From a virus (Duplodnaviria; Caudoviricetes), in IMG/VR virus record IMGVR_UViG_2857089846_000001, positions 32,001 through 96,000 of that record: a DNA stretch of 64,000 bases; one strand, written 5' to 3'. Below, piece after piece: positions 28,404 through 37,673 of this stretch. The notes under the pieces were generated by a model. It made no database searches. It was given only the letters and a program-made list of their open reading frames with translations, and was not told where the DNA came from. Within the stretch, counting starts at the first letter, position 1; the number at the start of each line of letters is the position of its first letter. Position numbers and translations under genes: made by a program.

Positions 28404-31400
28404 GTGCGCCTCCCCGGCGGATACGGCGGAGCTCGAACATCGTCTCTCCCAGGGCCTGCGCCGGCCGCATCGGCTCGGCGGTCATGGTCAGGTTCAGGTC
28501 CCCGCCGACGAGCGCGGTGTTCCCCTGGGGAACAGCAGCGCGCGGTGCCGTGGCGGTGGAGCGTGTGCTGCGGTGGGCAGCCATGGCGCCGCCGGTCTGG
28601 TCGTGGATGCCTCCATTGGCGAACCAGGCGACCGCGCCACCGAACCGGCGGACAACCTCCTCCACGATCGCCTTGGAGCGGCCCCGCTTGGACTCGGCCA
28701 AAGGCACGTACGCCTCTCCGTGAGTCTCCGGCTCTCCAAAGACCCGCCACGAGCCGGCGGGGACGATCTGTGCGATGTGCCTCTCCGCGCGGCGAATCCC
28801 TCCGTTGGCGAACTGCTGAATCCTCTTGGCGGCCTCGGTGATGCCGCCGTTGGCGAAGTAGTCCACGACGCCGCCGTTGGCCTGCGGCACTGCCTGGATG
28901 AGGTCGGGAACACCGTTGGCGTCCCGGTCCCAAGAGGTGGCCTTGAGGTAGACGCCGATGCCGACGTTGCGGGGCGCAATGGTGTTGATCTTCCTGTTGA
29001 TGGCGTCCACGTTGGCGTTCACGGTGCCAGGAGGCGCGGTGATCTTGAGTTGCTTGGCGCCCTTCGCCCCGGGAACCGCCTCGACCTTGAAGCCAAGGTT
29101 CCGGAGTGCGGTCACCGCATCGCCGGTGAGCGCCTTCATGGTGAAGGGCTTGTCCTTGAACCTCGCGACCCGTTCGGCGACAGCTCTGAGGTCTTCGTGT
29201 GCCTTGGCAGTCTGCGCAGCGACGCTGACGGACTTGTTCGCCGGCATCGTGTTGGCCGTGTCGATGAAGGTGGTCAGGTTGGCTCTCGCGTCTTCGGTCT
29301 TCGCGATGACCTCGAACCGGCCGTCCTCCAGGTTCTTGACCTCGAAGCCGAGGGTCTCCAGCTTCTCCCGGGCGCCTTCGTCAAGCATGTTGACCGTGAT
29401 CGACTTCGGGTCTCCGAGGCCGTCGAACTGGGCCTGGATACCGGCCATGGCGACGGTGACGGCGTCCTGGCCCTCCAGCTTGAGGCCCGTCACGACACTG
29501 TCGGGAATGAGACCCATCTGGTCAGCGATCTTCTCGGCGTCCTGGGCGCCCACGCCGAGGGATCTCAGCCAGGCGACCAGCGAACCGCGGCCCTTCTCCG
29601 CTTCGATCCGCGCGGCCGCCAACTGTTCCACGAGCGGCTTGCCGGCGGCCCCGGCCTTGTCGAACGCGGCCTGCACCTTGCCGAGGGCGTCATCGGCGAG
29701 CCCTGTCGAGAGCCGGTAGATGTCCTGGCCGAGCTTAGAACTGGTGTCGAGGAGGCCGTCCTTGAGGATGGGCTTACCCTTGGCCGCGCCGGCGTTCTCC
29801 TTGGCGAACTCCCGCATCTCCAGCAGGCGGGCATTGAGCCTCTGCGTCGCTTCGGCGTACGAGCGCGTCTTGCCGGACAGGGCCTCGATGAGGCTCTTCA
29901 ACGCCGACGTACGGGATTCGGCGTCACCTGTCGAGTCAGCCAGCCTCTGAACGGCATCCCGCACCCGGTCGTATGCGGTCACGCCCTTGCGGGCGAATGC
30001 GTCCTGGAGCACACCAGTCTCTTCGAGCTCCTTGCGGGCGTCGGCCAGGCTCGTGCCGTGCTTGCCGATCGCGTCGGCCGCAGCAAGCGCCGCTTTGCCC
30101 TCCTCGGTCATTGTGCGAATGGTGGACTTGCCGCCCGCTACGTCCTTCCAGTATTCGGTGGCCTTCGCGGCAGCCCGCAGCTTCTTTTCGAGCGCGTCCA
30201 GGTCGGTGCCCTGCCCGAGGATCGCCCGGGTCAGCTGTTCCGTGCTGACGCCGGCCTTCGAGGCCGCCTTGCCCCACTCGGACTCGACAGCGAGCTTGCG
30301 AGCTTGGGCCACGACGTTGTCATCGATGGCGCCGTTGGACATGCGCAGGGCGTCAACGAGCGTCTGGACCTGCGCCCGGTGCTCGGCAGCGGCCTGCGCG
30401 GCGTCCTGCTGCCGGTCGGCGAAGGCCATGAGGGCAACGGCACCCACGCCGAGGGCGAGGCCAAGGGGACCACCGACCAGGCCCAACACTCCGGTGAGAC
30501 CGCGGGACATGACGCGAGTCGCAGCGGTCGCTCCGCGTGCGGCGCCGGCGATTCCGCCAGTCTGCTGCGAGATGCGCTGGTACACGAGTCCAGCCCGGTG
30601 CCACGCGCTGGTGACGGCTGCGATCCGCGCCGGCTGACCGGCCAGAGCGGTACCGGCTCCCGCGATGGAGGTACCCAGCGCCGTGAACATGCTGGACACG
30701 CCGCGCAGCACCTTGAGGGCGAGCAGTACGCCGAGCAAGGAGCCGAGCGCTGTTCCAAGGCCGGGGACGGCCTGGAAGGCGCTGTTGATGGCGACTGCCA
30801 GGGAGGCGAAGGCCTTCACGACGACGGCCAGGCCGAGCCCTGCCGTGGCCAGGTTCTCGAAGATGCCTGCCAGTGACGACAGCAGGCTGATCAGCTCCGG
30901 GCCCACCGTGCGGCCGAGCTGGTCGAGGAAGCTACCGACGGACGGCATGAGCTCGTAGCGGATCTGGCGCACCAGTTTCACCAGGCTCTTGTCGGTGGCC
31001 ATCTTCGCGAGTCCCTTGCCGAGATCGCCGAGCAGGCCGATGGTCTCTCGGTACACGGGGAGCGACTGGTCGAAGAAGGCCTTCATGCGCTTCTGGCCCT
31101 CTGCGGAGTTCGCCCAGGCGTTGAAGTAGCGCATCTGGAACTCAAGGCCCTTGAGCAGCGAGTTGCCGGATGCGCTCGCGGCGCGCCCCATGCCGGCCAG
31201 GCCGTGGCCGAGGTCGATGGTGGTGCGCAGCAGCTGCTTGCTCTTGTCGATGGACCGCTGCAGGAACCGGTCGATGGAGCCGTCAGCGCGGTTGGACTCG
31301 GTGGCTACGCGCAGCCAGTTCGCCCATCCCTCACCCAGCGCGGCCACCCGCTGGACCGCGGGGCCAGAGGCGACGACGAAGTCGCCGACGGCGTGGCCGA

Positions 31401-32448
31401 TGCTCTTCAGCCCGGCAATCAGGGACCCGGCGACCTTGTTGCTGGAAGCGGCGACCTGGTCGAAGTCCTTCTTGAACGAGTTGGTCTGGGCGCCTTTCGA
31501 CATGGCGCGGAGCAGGTTGCCGACCTGGCCCGCGGACGAGCCGAGTGCCGACTCAAACCGCGGGAGGATCGCGTTCGTAAGCGGCTCGACCTGGTCGGCA
31601 ATTTTGGAGAAGAGCGACTCCTGGACGCTCTTCCGCATGTCCTTCCACTTGTCGCTGACGCCGGAGATCGCCTTGACGGTCGCGCGGGCCGACTTCGACA
31701 AGCCCTTCATCGCCTGGTCGAGCTTCTTCTGCTGGGCCTCAGTCAGCTTCCCGCCGGCTGCGAGCTGGGTCTGGGCCTTGAGCGACTCCTTCAGGGCGTC
31801 GGCGAAGCCTCCGAAAGCGACCCTGGCGCCGATCGCTGCGATGCCGGCGCCGGCGATCAGGCCAGGGAGCGTGCCGAGAATGCCGACCGCGGGCGCGGCC
31901 GCGCTGGCGAGCGCGGTGAGTCCGGCACCGAGCTGCGTGACCCACGCGACGGCAGGCTGAGCGAGCGCGACGATCGCCCCGAGGAGGAGGCCACGCATCC
32001 GGCCACGGCCGAGTCTCGGCGTCTTCACGTTGACCGGCACATGTATCGGTGTCCGGTCTACGTCGCGCTGCGCGCCCTGAAGGAGACGGCGGATGCGGTC
32101 GAGGAAGCCGCCCCTGCGCGCCCCGCTTCCGTCGCCGTCTTCGTCGGGGCGTACGGGCACGTTGATGCGAGCGTCGCTGTTGCCGACCAGGCGGGCGATC
32201 TCTTCGAGCTCACCTCGTAGCCGGTCGCGGTCCACCTTGACCTGGACCTTGGCCGTGACGCCTCTCGACGCCTTCTTCACGGCCTTCTCCAGGCGCTTAC
32301 GCAGGCCGCTGTCGTCAACCTCGACCTGGACCTTGGCAGCCAGGCCCTCGGCGGCCGCCTCGACCTTCGTCCGCAGCTCGCGGGCGAATCCGTCGAGCGC
32401 CGCGACGACGGTGACTTCGAGGCGGCCGGCCTGCAAGCCCTCAGACAC
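28390..32448 (-). CDS. Tape measure protein
   Basis: 1352 aa, Ala/Gly-rich and helical; C-terminal ANGG repeats and GEPETHGEAYVPL. Confidence 0.9.
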   Translation of the reverse strand: MSEGLQAGRLEVTVVAALDGFARELRTKVEAAAEGLAAKVQVEVDDSGLRKRLEKAVKKASRGVTAKVQVKVDRDRLRGELEEIARLVGNSDARINVPVRPDEDGDGSGARRGGFLDRIRRLLQGAQRDVDRTPIHVPVNVKTPRLGRGRMRGLLLGAIVALAQPAVAWVTQLGAGLTALASAAAPAVGILGTLPGLIAGAGIAAIGARVAFGGFADALKESLKAQTQLAAGGKLTEAQQKKLDQAMKGLSKSARATVKAISGVSDKWKDMRKSVQESLFSKIADQVEPLTNAILPRFESALGSSAGQVGNLLRAMSKGAQTNSFKKDFDQVAASSNKVAGSLIAGLKSIGHAVGDFVVASGPAVQRVAALGEGWANWLRVATESNRADGSIDRFLQRSIDKSKQLLRTTIDLGHGLAGMGRAASASGNSLLKGLEFQMRYFNAWANSAEGQKRMKAFFDQSLPVYRETIGLLGDLGKGLAKMATDKSLVKLVRQIRYELMPSVGSFLDQLGRTVGPELISLLSSLAGIFENLATAGLGLAVVVKAFASLAVAINSAFQAVPGLGTALGSLLGVLLALKVLRGVSSMFTALGTSIAGAGTALAGQPARIAAVTSAWHRAGLVYQRISQQTGGIAGAARGATAATRVMSRGLTGVLGLVGGPLGLALGVGAVALMAFADRQQDAAQAAAEHRAQVQTLVDALRMSNGAIDDNVVAQARKLAVESEWGKAASKAGVSTEQLTRAILGQGTDLDALEKKLRAAAKATEYWKDVAGGKSTIRTMTEEGKAALAAADAIGKHGTSLADARKELEETGVLQDAFARKGVTAYDRVRDAVQRLADSTGDAESRTSALKSLIEALSGKTRSYAEATQRLNARLLEMREFAKENAGAAKGKPILKDGLLDTSSKLGQDIYRLSTGLADDALGKVQAAFDKAGAAGKPLVEQLAAARIEAEKGRGSLVAWLRSLGVGAQDAEKIADQMGLIPDSVVTGLKLEGQDAVTVAMAGIQAQFDGLGDPKSITVNMLDEGAREKLETLGFEVKNLEDGRFEVIAKTEDARANLTTFIDTANTMPANKSVSVAAQTAKAHEDLRAVAERVARFKDKPFTMKALTGDAVTALRNLGFKVEAVPGAKGAKQLKITAPPGTVNANVDAINRKINTIAPRNVGIGVYLKATSWDRDANGVPDLIQAVPQANGGVVDYFANGGITEAAKRIQQFANGGIRRAERHIAQIVPAGSWRVFGEPETHGEAYVPLAESKRGRSKAIVEEVVRRFGGAVAWFANGGIHDQTGGAMAAHRSTRSTATAPRAAVPQGNTALVGGDLNLTMTAEPMRPAQALGETMFELRRIRRGGAHAFG
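28518..28534. repeat. 17-bp palindrome, candidate parS (inside tape measure gene)
   Basis: TGTTCCCCTGGGGAACA. Confidence 0.7.
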
Positions 32449-32862
32449 TGGGGCGCACCATTCCTCTCCGTGCGGCAGCCGCGAGCATCTTGCGGTGGCC
32501 GTTCATTGGGGCGGACTGCTGCGCCGGGGCGCTGTTCCCCCGGGGAACAGCTGGTGCCGTGTTGTACGGGCGGGTGACCGTCCGCGGCTCTTCACGGCGT
32601 CGGTCGGCGGCGAGCAGGGAGACCTCCTCGATGAGCTGCGCCAGGAGTTCGGTCTGGATGGTCCAGCCGCCGATCGGCGCGGACTTCAGGCGGGACTCGT
32701 CCGGCAGCCCGTCGAGGAAGGAGATCAAGCGTCGGAGTCCGATGAAGCCGGGCTGTCCGGGACGGAGCCAGATACCTCGGGCGTCGAGCCCGTGGTGGAA
32801 TCGGCTGAGGTCGGACTCGACGTCTCGCCATCGCTCTCGGAGGAGGCGCCGAGCCCAAAGAG
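32441..32862 (-). CDS. Tail assembly chaperone, post-frameshift (T) frame
   Basis: The -1 frame after GGGAAAG is open: ALWARRLLRERWRDVESDLSRFHHGLDARGIW..RRLISFLDGLPDESR.., ending at the tape measure start. Confidence 0.8.
32533..32549. repeat. 17-bp palindrome, candidate parS
   Basis: TGTTCCCCCGGGGAACA. Confidence 0.7.
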
Positions 32863-33255
32863 CTTTCCCAGCTCAACTCCGTAGAGCTTGGCCAGGCCTA
32901 CGGTGAGGCGGAAGTATGCGGGTACCGAGGGCTTCACGGACTGGAAGCGTTCGAACGCTTCCTTGCCGAGGAGCTCGCCGAACACCGCGTCGAGGGCGTC
33001 CAGGAAGTTCGAGGGCAGGTCGCGGCGCTGGAACAGCAGCTCCAGCATCTGCCAGGTGCTGCCGCCGTTCTGGGAGCGGACCAGGTCGCCGAGGAGGCCC
33101 ATCAGGTCGAGTTCCTTGGACAGGAGCGGGGTCAGTGCCGCGGCGGGCAGCTCGGCCGGGAAGCGGAAGCCGTGGCCGTTGAGACGGACGTTGATTCCGT
33201 CCGGGTAAGCCATCTCGCGCTCGGCGATCTCGTCCAGGTTGAGGTCGTACTGCAT
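32725..33255 (-). CDS. Tail assembly chaperone (G)
   Basis: Position upstream of the tape measure gene; in-frame slippery site G GGA AAG. Confidence 0.85.
   Translation of the reverse strand: MQYDLNLDEIAEREMAYPDGINVRLNGHGFRFPAELPAAALTPLLSKELDLMGLLGDLVRSQNGGSTWQMLELLFQRRDLPSNFLDALDAVFGELLGKEAFERFQSVKPSVPAYFRLTVGLAKLYGVELGKLFGLGASSESDGETSSPTSADSTTGSTPEVSGSVPDSPASSDSDA
32863..32869 (-). other. Programmed -1 frameshift slippery site GGGAAAG
   Basis: Codons CTG GGA AAG give X XXY YYZ in the correct phase; same heptamer as lambda G/T. Confidence 0.85.
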
Positions 33256-33306
33256 TGAGGCCTCGCAGAAGCTCGTGAGTTGCCGCTGGTGGCGGCGGGG
33301 GTGGCG

Positions 33307-33341
33307 ACTGTGGCAAGAGCCCCGCGCTTACGTCTCGGCCT
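33307..33341 (-). promoter_or_regulatory. Candidate late promoter (tail chaperone/TMP operon)
   Basis: AGGCCGAGACGTAA-15-CACAGT. Confidence 0.65.
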
Positions 33342-33383
33342 GGCGGCAGCAGCCGCCGGCCGCCGAGGAATCCGGCTCTCGGC

Positions 33384-33400
33384 TGTTCCCCGGGGGAACA
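33384..33400. repeat. 17-bp palindrome, candidate parS (upstream of parB)
   Basis: TGTTCCCCGGGGGAACA. Confidence 0.75.
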
Positions 33401-33496
33401 GCCGGCCGCGTGTACACCCCATCTGCGCACAGACCCGGGGGGTCTGGGGACTAGCCTCTACCTCGACCGCATCTCGCAGCTATCAGAAGGACATCT

Positions 33497-34879
33497 GTGG
33501 CAGGGAACCTGAAGAGGGCCAAGAGGAACAGCAGCGGGGGTGGCGCAAACGTCCCATCCCCGAGCACCGAGGCGAATGCCGCGTTCTACGCACTCCCGCC
33601 CACTGAGGCGGACGGCGAGGCATTGAGCATCGAGCTCTCGGACATCTCGGCGAACCCGTTCAACGACCGGGACACCGGGGACGTGACAAACCTCGCTGAA
33701 AGCATCAAGAAGGACGGCCTGCTCCAAGACGTGTCGGTGATTCACGCCTCCGTCTTCACCGAGTGCTATCCCGAGGTCGAGGGCATCACCACGAAGTACG
33801 TGCTCGCCTTCGGCGAGCGGCGTTGGCGCGCCCACCAGGCCGCCGGCCTGAGCCACATCTCCGCGGTCCTGCGCAACGACGTGGCGCCGAAGATCCGGCG
33901 GGTCCTGTTCGTTGAGAACTTTCACCGCAAGCAGCTCTCCCCGATGGAGGAGGCGCGGCGGTTCTACCGCATGAACACCGAGGAGGGGATGAGCTACCGG
34001 GAGATCGTTGAAGAGCTCAGCCTCGGCGGCCCGAACCACGTCTCCCGGCGGATCGAGCTCCTGAAGCTCCCCGCCGCGCTCCAGGACGTCGTCGGCACCG
34101 ACGAAGGCCCAGGTGTCACGCTCGCGCGAGACATCCTCGGCAAGTTCGCCGAGCCCGAGAACCAGATCCGCGCCTGGGAGCTGATCCGAGACGAGGAGAT
34201 CTCTCTCGGTGAAGCAGTGCAGCGCATCCACGGGGGCGACGGTGTTCCCCAGGGGAACGACGTACCGATCCAGCGGACCGCGGAGCCGGCGGCGAGCCCT
34301 GCTCCTGCGTCAGGCGCAGAGGAGACCCCGGCGTCCGACGAGAAGACAGCGACCGGGAAGAAGCCGAAGACGCAGACGCCGCAGCCGAAGATCATTGCGG
34401 CTGACAAGGACACCGCCCACCGCAACAACGCCTCAGCGGACCGTGAGTCCGCTTGCAAGCACCTCGTCGGATTGGGCGCCAAGCTGACGGCGGAGCAGCA
34501 GGACGCGCTGTTCGCTCGCGCTCTGCTGGCGAACACGCAGCAGGCACCCGCCCGGACCCGGGCACACAGGTGGCTCCGTGAGGCAAGCCAGGCGGAATTC
34601 ACGATCAGCGACACCGATTCGTACTTCGAGGCCGTACTGTCGTCCGGCAAAGACGACCTCATCAACCGTGTCGCCTTCGTTACGGCCCTCGCTGCTGGCG
34701 AGGTCCGGGCCCGCGACGGCCGTCGGCAGTGGGACCGCACCGACGCCGATCACGTCCGGCTCCTGATCGAGGTCGGCAACTACCACCCGCAGACCGGGTG
34801 GGAGCGAGCACAGCTCACCAAGTTCGGCGTTCCCTTCCCCGGAGCCGACGAAGAACCCGACGCCGACCCCATCAGCTGA
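33497..34879 (+). CDS. parB: ParB/RepB/Spo0J partition protein
   Basis: NPFNDR, LAESIKKDGLLQ, FGERRWRA, ENFHRKQLSPMEEA, HTH MSYREIVEEL. Confidence 0.93.
   Translation: MAGNLKRAKRNSSGGGANVPSPSTEANAAFYALPPTEADGEALSIELSDISANPFNDRDTGDVTNLAESIKKDGLLQDVSVIHASVFTECYPEVEGITTKYVLAFGERRWRAHQAAGLSHISAVLRNDVAPKIRRVLFVENFHRKQLSPMEEARRFYRMNTEEGMSYREIVEELSLGGPNHVSRRIELLKLPAALQDVVGTDEGPGVTLARDILGKFAEPENQIRAWELIRDEEISLGEAVQRIHGGDGVPQGNDVPIQRTAEPAASPAPASGAEETPASDEKTATGKKPKTQTPQPKIIAADKDTAHRNNASADRESACKHLVGLGAKLTAEQQDALFARALLANTQQAPARTRAHRWLREASQAEFTISDTDSYFEAVLSSGKDDLINRVAFVTALAAGEVRARDGRRQWDRTDADHVRLLIEVGNYHPQTGWERAQLTKFGVPFPGADEEPDADPIS
34243..34259. repeat. 17-bp palindrome, candidate parS (inside parB, one mismatch)
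   Basis: TGTTCCCCAGGGGAACG. Confidence 0.7.
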
Positions 34880-34890
34880 CTGGAGACTCC

Positions 34891-35820
34891 ATGTCCAACA
34901 AGACCCTGCCCAGGCGTGACCTGCGCCCGGAGGGCCGAAACTGGCCGCTGCTCTTCGCCGCGTTCATCATCACCGGCGGCAGCGCCAAGACGAGCACCAT
35001 CATCATGATGGCGGTCACTCTCGCCCTTCGCGGCTACAAGGTCCGCGTCTTCGACTTCGACCACCAGCGCAGCGCCAGCCACATCGGCTGCGCCATGGAC
35101 GAGCTGCCCGCGGGCCAGGGCACCATCTACGACCTGATGCACGGCGCCTCTCTGGAGGACTGCACCGTTCCGTTCCGCTACGTCGTCAACCCTGCGGATG
35201 CGGCGACGGGCGCGCCGGCCGAATACGAGGAGGTCGAGAATCTTCGGATCGTTCCTGGTTCCCGGAACGTGAAGAACTTCGACACCGAGACGACGCAGGA
35301 GGGCAACGAGCAGCTGATCACCTGGTTCCGCGAGCTGTGCGACGAGTACGAGGGCGACGATGATGTGTGGCTGCTCGACCTGCCGGCGTCGCTGAGCAAG
35401 CTCGTGGTGTCCGCGCTGATCCCGTTCCAGGAGGACGACGAGATCGTTCCGCCGGTCCTGGTCACGAGCAAGGAAGAGACCGACCTCAAGGCGACGTTCG
35501 AAGAGCTGGCGGAGATGCGGAACCAGCAGAACGCACGCTCCCGCCGCCGTAAGACCGCCCCCACCATCAAGCACATCGTGATGGCCGGAACCCCCACCCC
35601 GGGCCGCCCGGACGCCGAGGGGGACGCGACGGTGGAGTCCATGACGAGGACATACGGGGAGCACTTCCAGCTCCATAAGGTCCGCTGGAGCAGCTTCGTC
35701 CGCCAGCAGCACCGGCGCCAGGCCCCCGTGCACGCCTGGGGCCCCAAGAACGCCGCACCGATCGAGGACTACAACAAGCTGGCCACGGCCCTCGGGTTCG
35801 TGGATCTCGACAACGCCTGA
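34891..35820 (+). CDS. parA: ParA family ATPase
   Basis: Deviant Walker A TGGSAKTST, GYKVRVFDFDHQ, LRIVPGS, WLLDLPASL, DYNKLA. Confidence 0.88.
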   Translation: MSNKTLPRRDLRPEGRNWPLLFAAFIITGGSAKTSTIIMMAVTLALRGYKVRVFDFDHQRSASHIGCAMDELPAGQGTIYDLMHGASLEDCTVPFRYVVNPADAATGAPAEYEEVENLRIVPGSRNVKNFDTETTQEGNEQLITWFRELCDEYEGDDDVWLLDLPASLSKLVVSALIPFQEDDEIVPPVLVTSKEETDLKATFEELAEMRNQQNARSRRRKTAPTIKHIVMAGTPTPGRPDAEGDATVESMTRTYGEHFQLHKVRWSSFVRQQHRRQAPVHAWGPKNAAPIEDYNKLATALGFVDLDNA

Positions 35821-35826
35821 GAGGGC

Positions 35827-35843
35827 TGTTCCCCTGGGGAACA
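35827..35843. repeat. 17-bp palindrome, candidate parS (6 bp after parA stop)
   Basis: TGTTCCCCTGGGGAACA. Confidence 0.75.
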
Positions 35844-35848
35844 GCAAG

Positions 35849-35897
35849 GGCCCGTACCGGCCGCGGAAGTCGCCATCTCCCGCGCCCAGTACGGGCC
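35849..35897. terminator. Hairpin between convergent parA and major tail genes
   Basis: GGCCCGTAC..GTACGGGCC arms. Confidence 0.45.
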
Positions 35898-35917
35898 TTC
35901 GTTGTGCGCCTCCAAGA

Positions 35918-36508
35918 CTACGGGGCGTCGTCGAACGAGCTGTCGTTGGTCAGGAGGTACCAGGCGTCCGCGTCGTCGCCGCCCTGCACGGCCAGGCGCA
36001 GCGGCAGCACCGCTTCCTTGGCCTTCTGTAGGTCGGTCTGCACGCCTTCCATCTGCATGGAGCGCGGGATGACATAGCGGTACGCCTTCGCGCCGTCGAT
36101 GACCTCGATGCACGCGGCGACCTCGGAGCGGCCGCCGATCCGCGGCGGCGCGAACTTGTAGTGCGTGGTGGCCGGAGGTCCGGCAACGTTGATCTCGGTG
36201 ATGGTGCCGCCGCCGAAGACGGCCTTGAAGTTCTTCGCGTTCCACTGCTGGAGATCGACCTCAAGGGTCGCGCTGTCGCTGGTCTGGAACGTGCGGGACG
36301 GGAAGTCGGTCTGGGCGCTCTTGACCTGTTCGAACTGGGGCTCTTCGTTGAACTTCAGAGAGTCCTCGGTGGTCAGGCCGACCGAGTACCAGCCGGCCGG
36401 CATCGCCACGGTGGCATCGGCAGGCGCTGCCGTACCGACGGGAGCGAGCCAGACTCGGGTTCGTGCGGGGACGACGATGTGCGTCGCGTTCGTGATCTCG
36501 CCAGCCAT
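35918..36508 (-). CDS. Major tail (tube) protein
   Basis: VWLAPVGTAAP..GWYSVGLTTEDS; 196 aa; synteny. Confidence 0.88.
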   Translation of the reverse strand: MAGEITNATHIVVPARTRVWLAPVGTAAPADATVAMPAGWYSVGLTTEDSLKFNEEPQFEQVKSAQTDFPSRTFQTSDSATLEVDLQQWNAKNFKAVFGGGTITEINVAGPPATTHYKFAPPRIGGRSEVAACIEVIDGAKAYRYVIPRSMQMEGVQTDLQKAKEAVLPLRLAVQGGDDADAWYLLTNDSSFDDAP

Positions 36509-36549
36509 GGCGGTGCGTCTCCTCGTGGCCAGGGGTTACGGGCCGGGTC

Positions 36550-36584
36550 ACGATGGGAGGCAGGCCGGGCTAGCGTCCCGGGCC
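36550..36584 (-). promoter_or_regulatory. Candidate late promoter (major tail)
   Basis: GGCCCGGGACGCTA-15-CATCGT. Confidence 0.6.
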
Positions 36585-36907
36585 TAGAAGGGGCGCGGGC
36601 ACGGAAGAAGAGCGGTCTGCGCGCGGGCCATGCTGAGGAGCAGGCCGATGTGCTTCCGCTGGGCATGTTCCTCGATGACGCGGAGTGTTTCCGCGCACTG
36701 GGTCCTCATGGGCATGAGATGCCGGATCAACCGCACCGGCATGGCGAAGCTGACCACCGCCGCTCGCCACGAGCCCAGGAGCGCGGCGTCTGCGTCCGCC
36801 TGGTCGAACTGCACGTCGGCGATGCCACCGATCGGCGTCCAGGCGGCGGAGTCGTCAGGGTCGGTACCTACGGGAGCGATGCTGACGAGGGGGCCATTGA
36901 GGTTCAC
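36584..36907 (-). CDS. Small hypothetical protein with tail-tube-like N terminus
   Basis: GTGA overlap with the upstream gene; VSIAPVGTDP..WTPIG resembles the MTP N terminus. Confidence 0.5.
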   Translation of the reverse strand: MNLNGPLVSIAPVGTDPDDSAAWTPIGGIADVQFDQADADAALLGSWRAAVVSFAMPVRLIRHLMPMRTQCAETLRVIEEHAQRKHIGLLLSMARAQTALLPCPRPF

Positions 36908-37347
36908 GAGGACTCCGGGGTCGGGTGCAGCGAGACGAGCAGGCCCATTACCCATCGGGGCTGGCCTGTTTCCAGGGGGGATTCGAGGAGTACGCCGGAC
37001 GGGCGGACGCGGCTGATGACGGGATGGGTGCCGGACGGGGTGCTGCCGGGCAGCTCGGTGACGGCGACAGCGCACACCTTGAGGATTCGGCTCATGGCGG
37101 CCGGGCCGGGCCAGCCGCTGGGGTCGCCGAACAGCTCCAGCGTCACCTCCGGTTCGGTGAGCCACGTCAGATCGCCGAGGCTGCCGCCCGGCCCGAGGGC
37201 AACCCGCAGGTGAGGCCACGGGGCCTCGCGGGTGCCGGACACGCGGCCGGGCCCGCCGAGCACTTGGGTCACCTTGGGGTGCTCGGCGAGCCAGGACAGG
37301 ACGGCCGCCACCGGGTCAGCGTCAGCGATGGCGTAGGCGTCGGTCAT
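36904..37347 (-). CDS. Tail terminator-like protein
   Basis: ADPVAAVLSWL..PWPHLRV..PEVTLELFG; position before the major tail gene. Confidence 0.7.
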   Translation of the reverse strand: MTDAYAIADADPVAAVLSWLAEHPKVTQVLGGPGRVSGTREAPWPHLRVALGPGGSLGDLTWLTEPEVTLELFGDPSGWPGPAAMSRILKVCAVAVTELPGSTPSGTHPVISRVRPSGVLLESPLETGQPRWVMGLLVSLHPTPESS

Positions 37348-37349
37348 GG

Positions 37350-37604
37350 TCAGGAGCGTCCGCGTGCGAGGTAGCCGTTGCCGCGGAGCTGGCGGGCGTA
37401 GTCCGGGGACACCACGGCGGTGTCGCCGGGGCGGAAGTCGTTGCGGCCGATGCGAAGGTGGTGGGCGAAGGTGACCTTCTCCGGGGTCTGGCCGGCGCGC
37501 AGCGGCGGGCCGAGCACAGCTTCGGTGGTCGTGGTGGGCTCCGCCTGCGGGGTGGGTGCGGTCTCCGGCTCGGCGGTCGTGGTGGTCTTTCGGGTGTTCG
37601 TCAT
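37350..37604 (-). CDS. Small virion-associated hypothetical protein
   Basis: 84 aa; PGDTAVVSPDYARQLRGNGY. Confidence 0.7.
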   Translation of the reverse strand: MTNTRKTTTTAEPETAPTPQAEPTTTTEAVLGPPLRAGQTPEKVTFAHHLRIGRNDFRPGDTAVVSPDYARQLRGNGYLARGRS

Positions 37605-37612
37605 GGGGCGGA

Positions 37613-37646
37613 ACAGTGCAGGAGCGGGCGGCTTGTGTCGCCCGCT
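37613..37646 (-). promoter_or_regulatory. Candidate late promoter (leaderless geometry)
   Basis: AGCGGGCGACACAA-14-CACTGT, then 8 bp to the ATG. Confidence 0.5.
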
Positions 37647-37655
37647 CCTGCGAGC

Positions 37656-37672
37656 TGTTCCCCCGGGGAACA
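37656..37672. repeat. 17-bp palindrome, candidate parS
   Basis: TGTTCCCCCGGGGAACA. Confidence 0.7.
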
Positions 37673-37673
37673 G

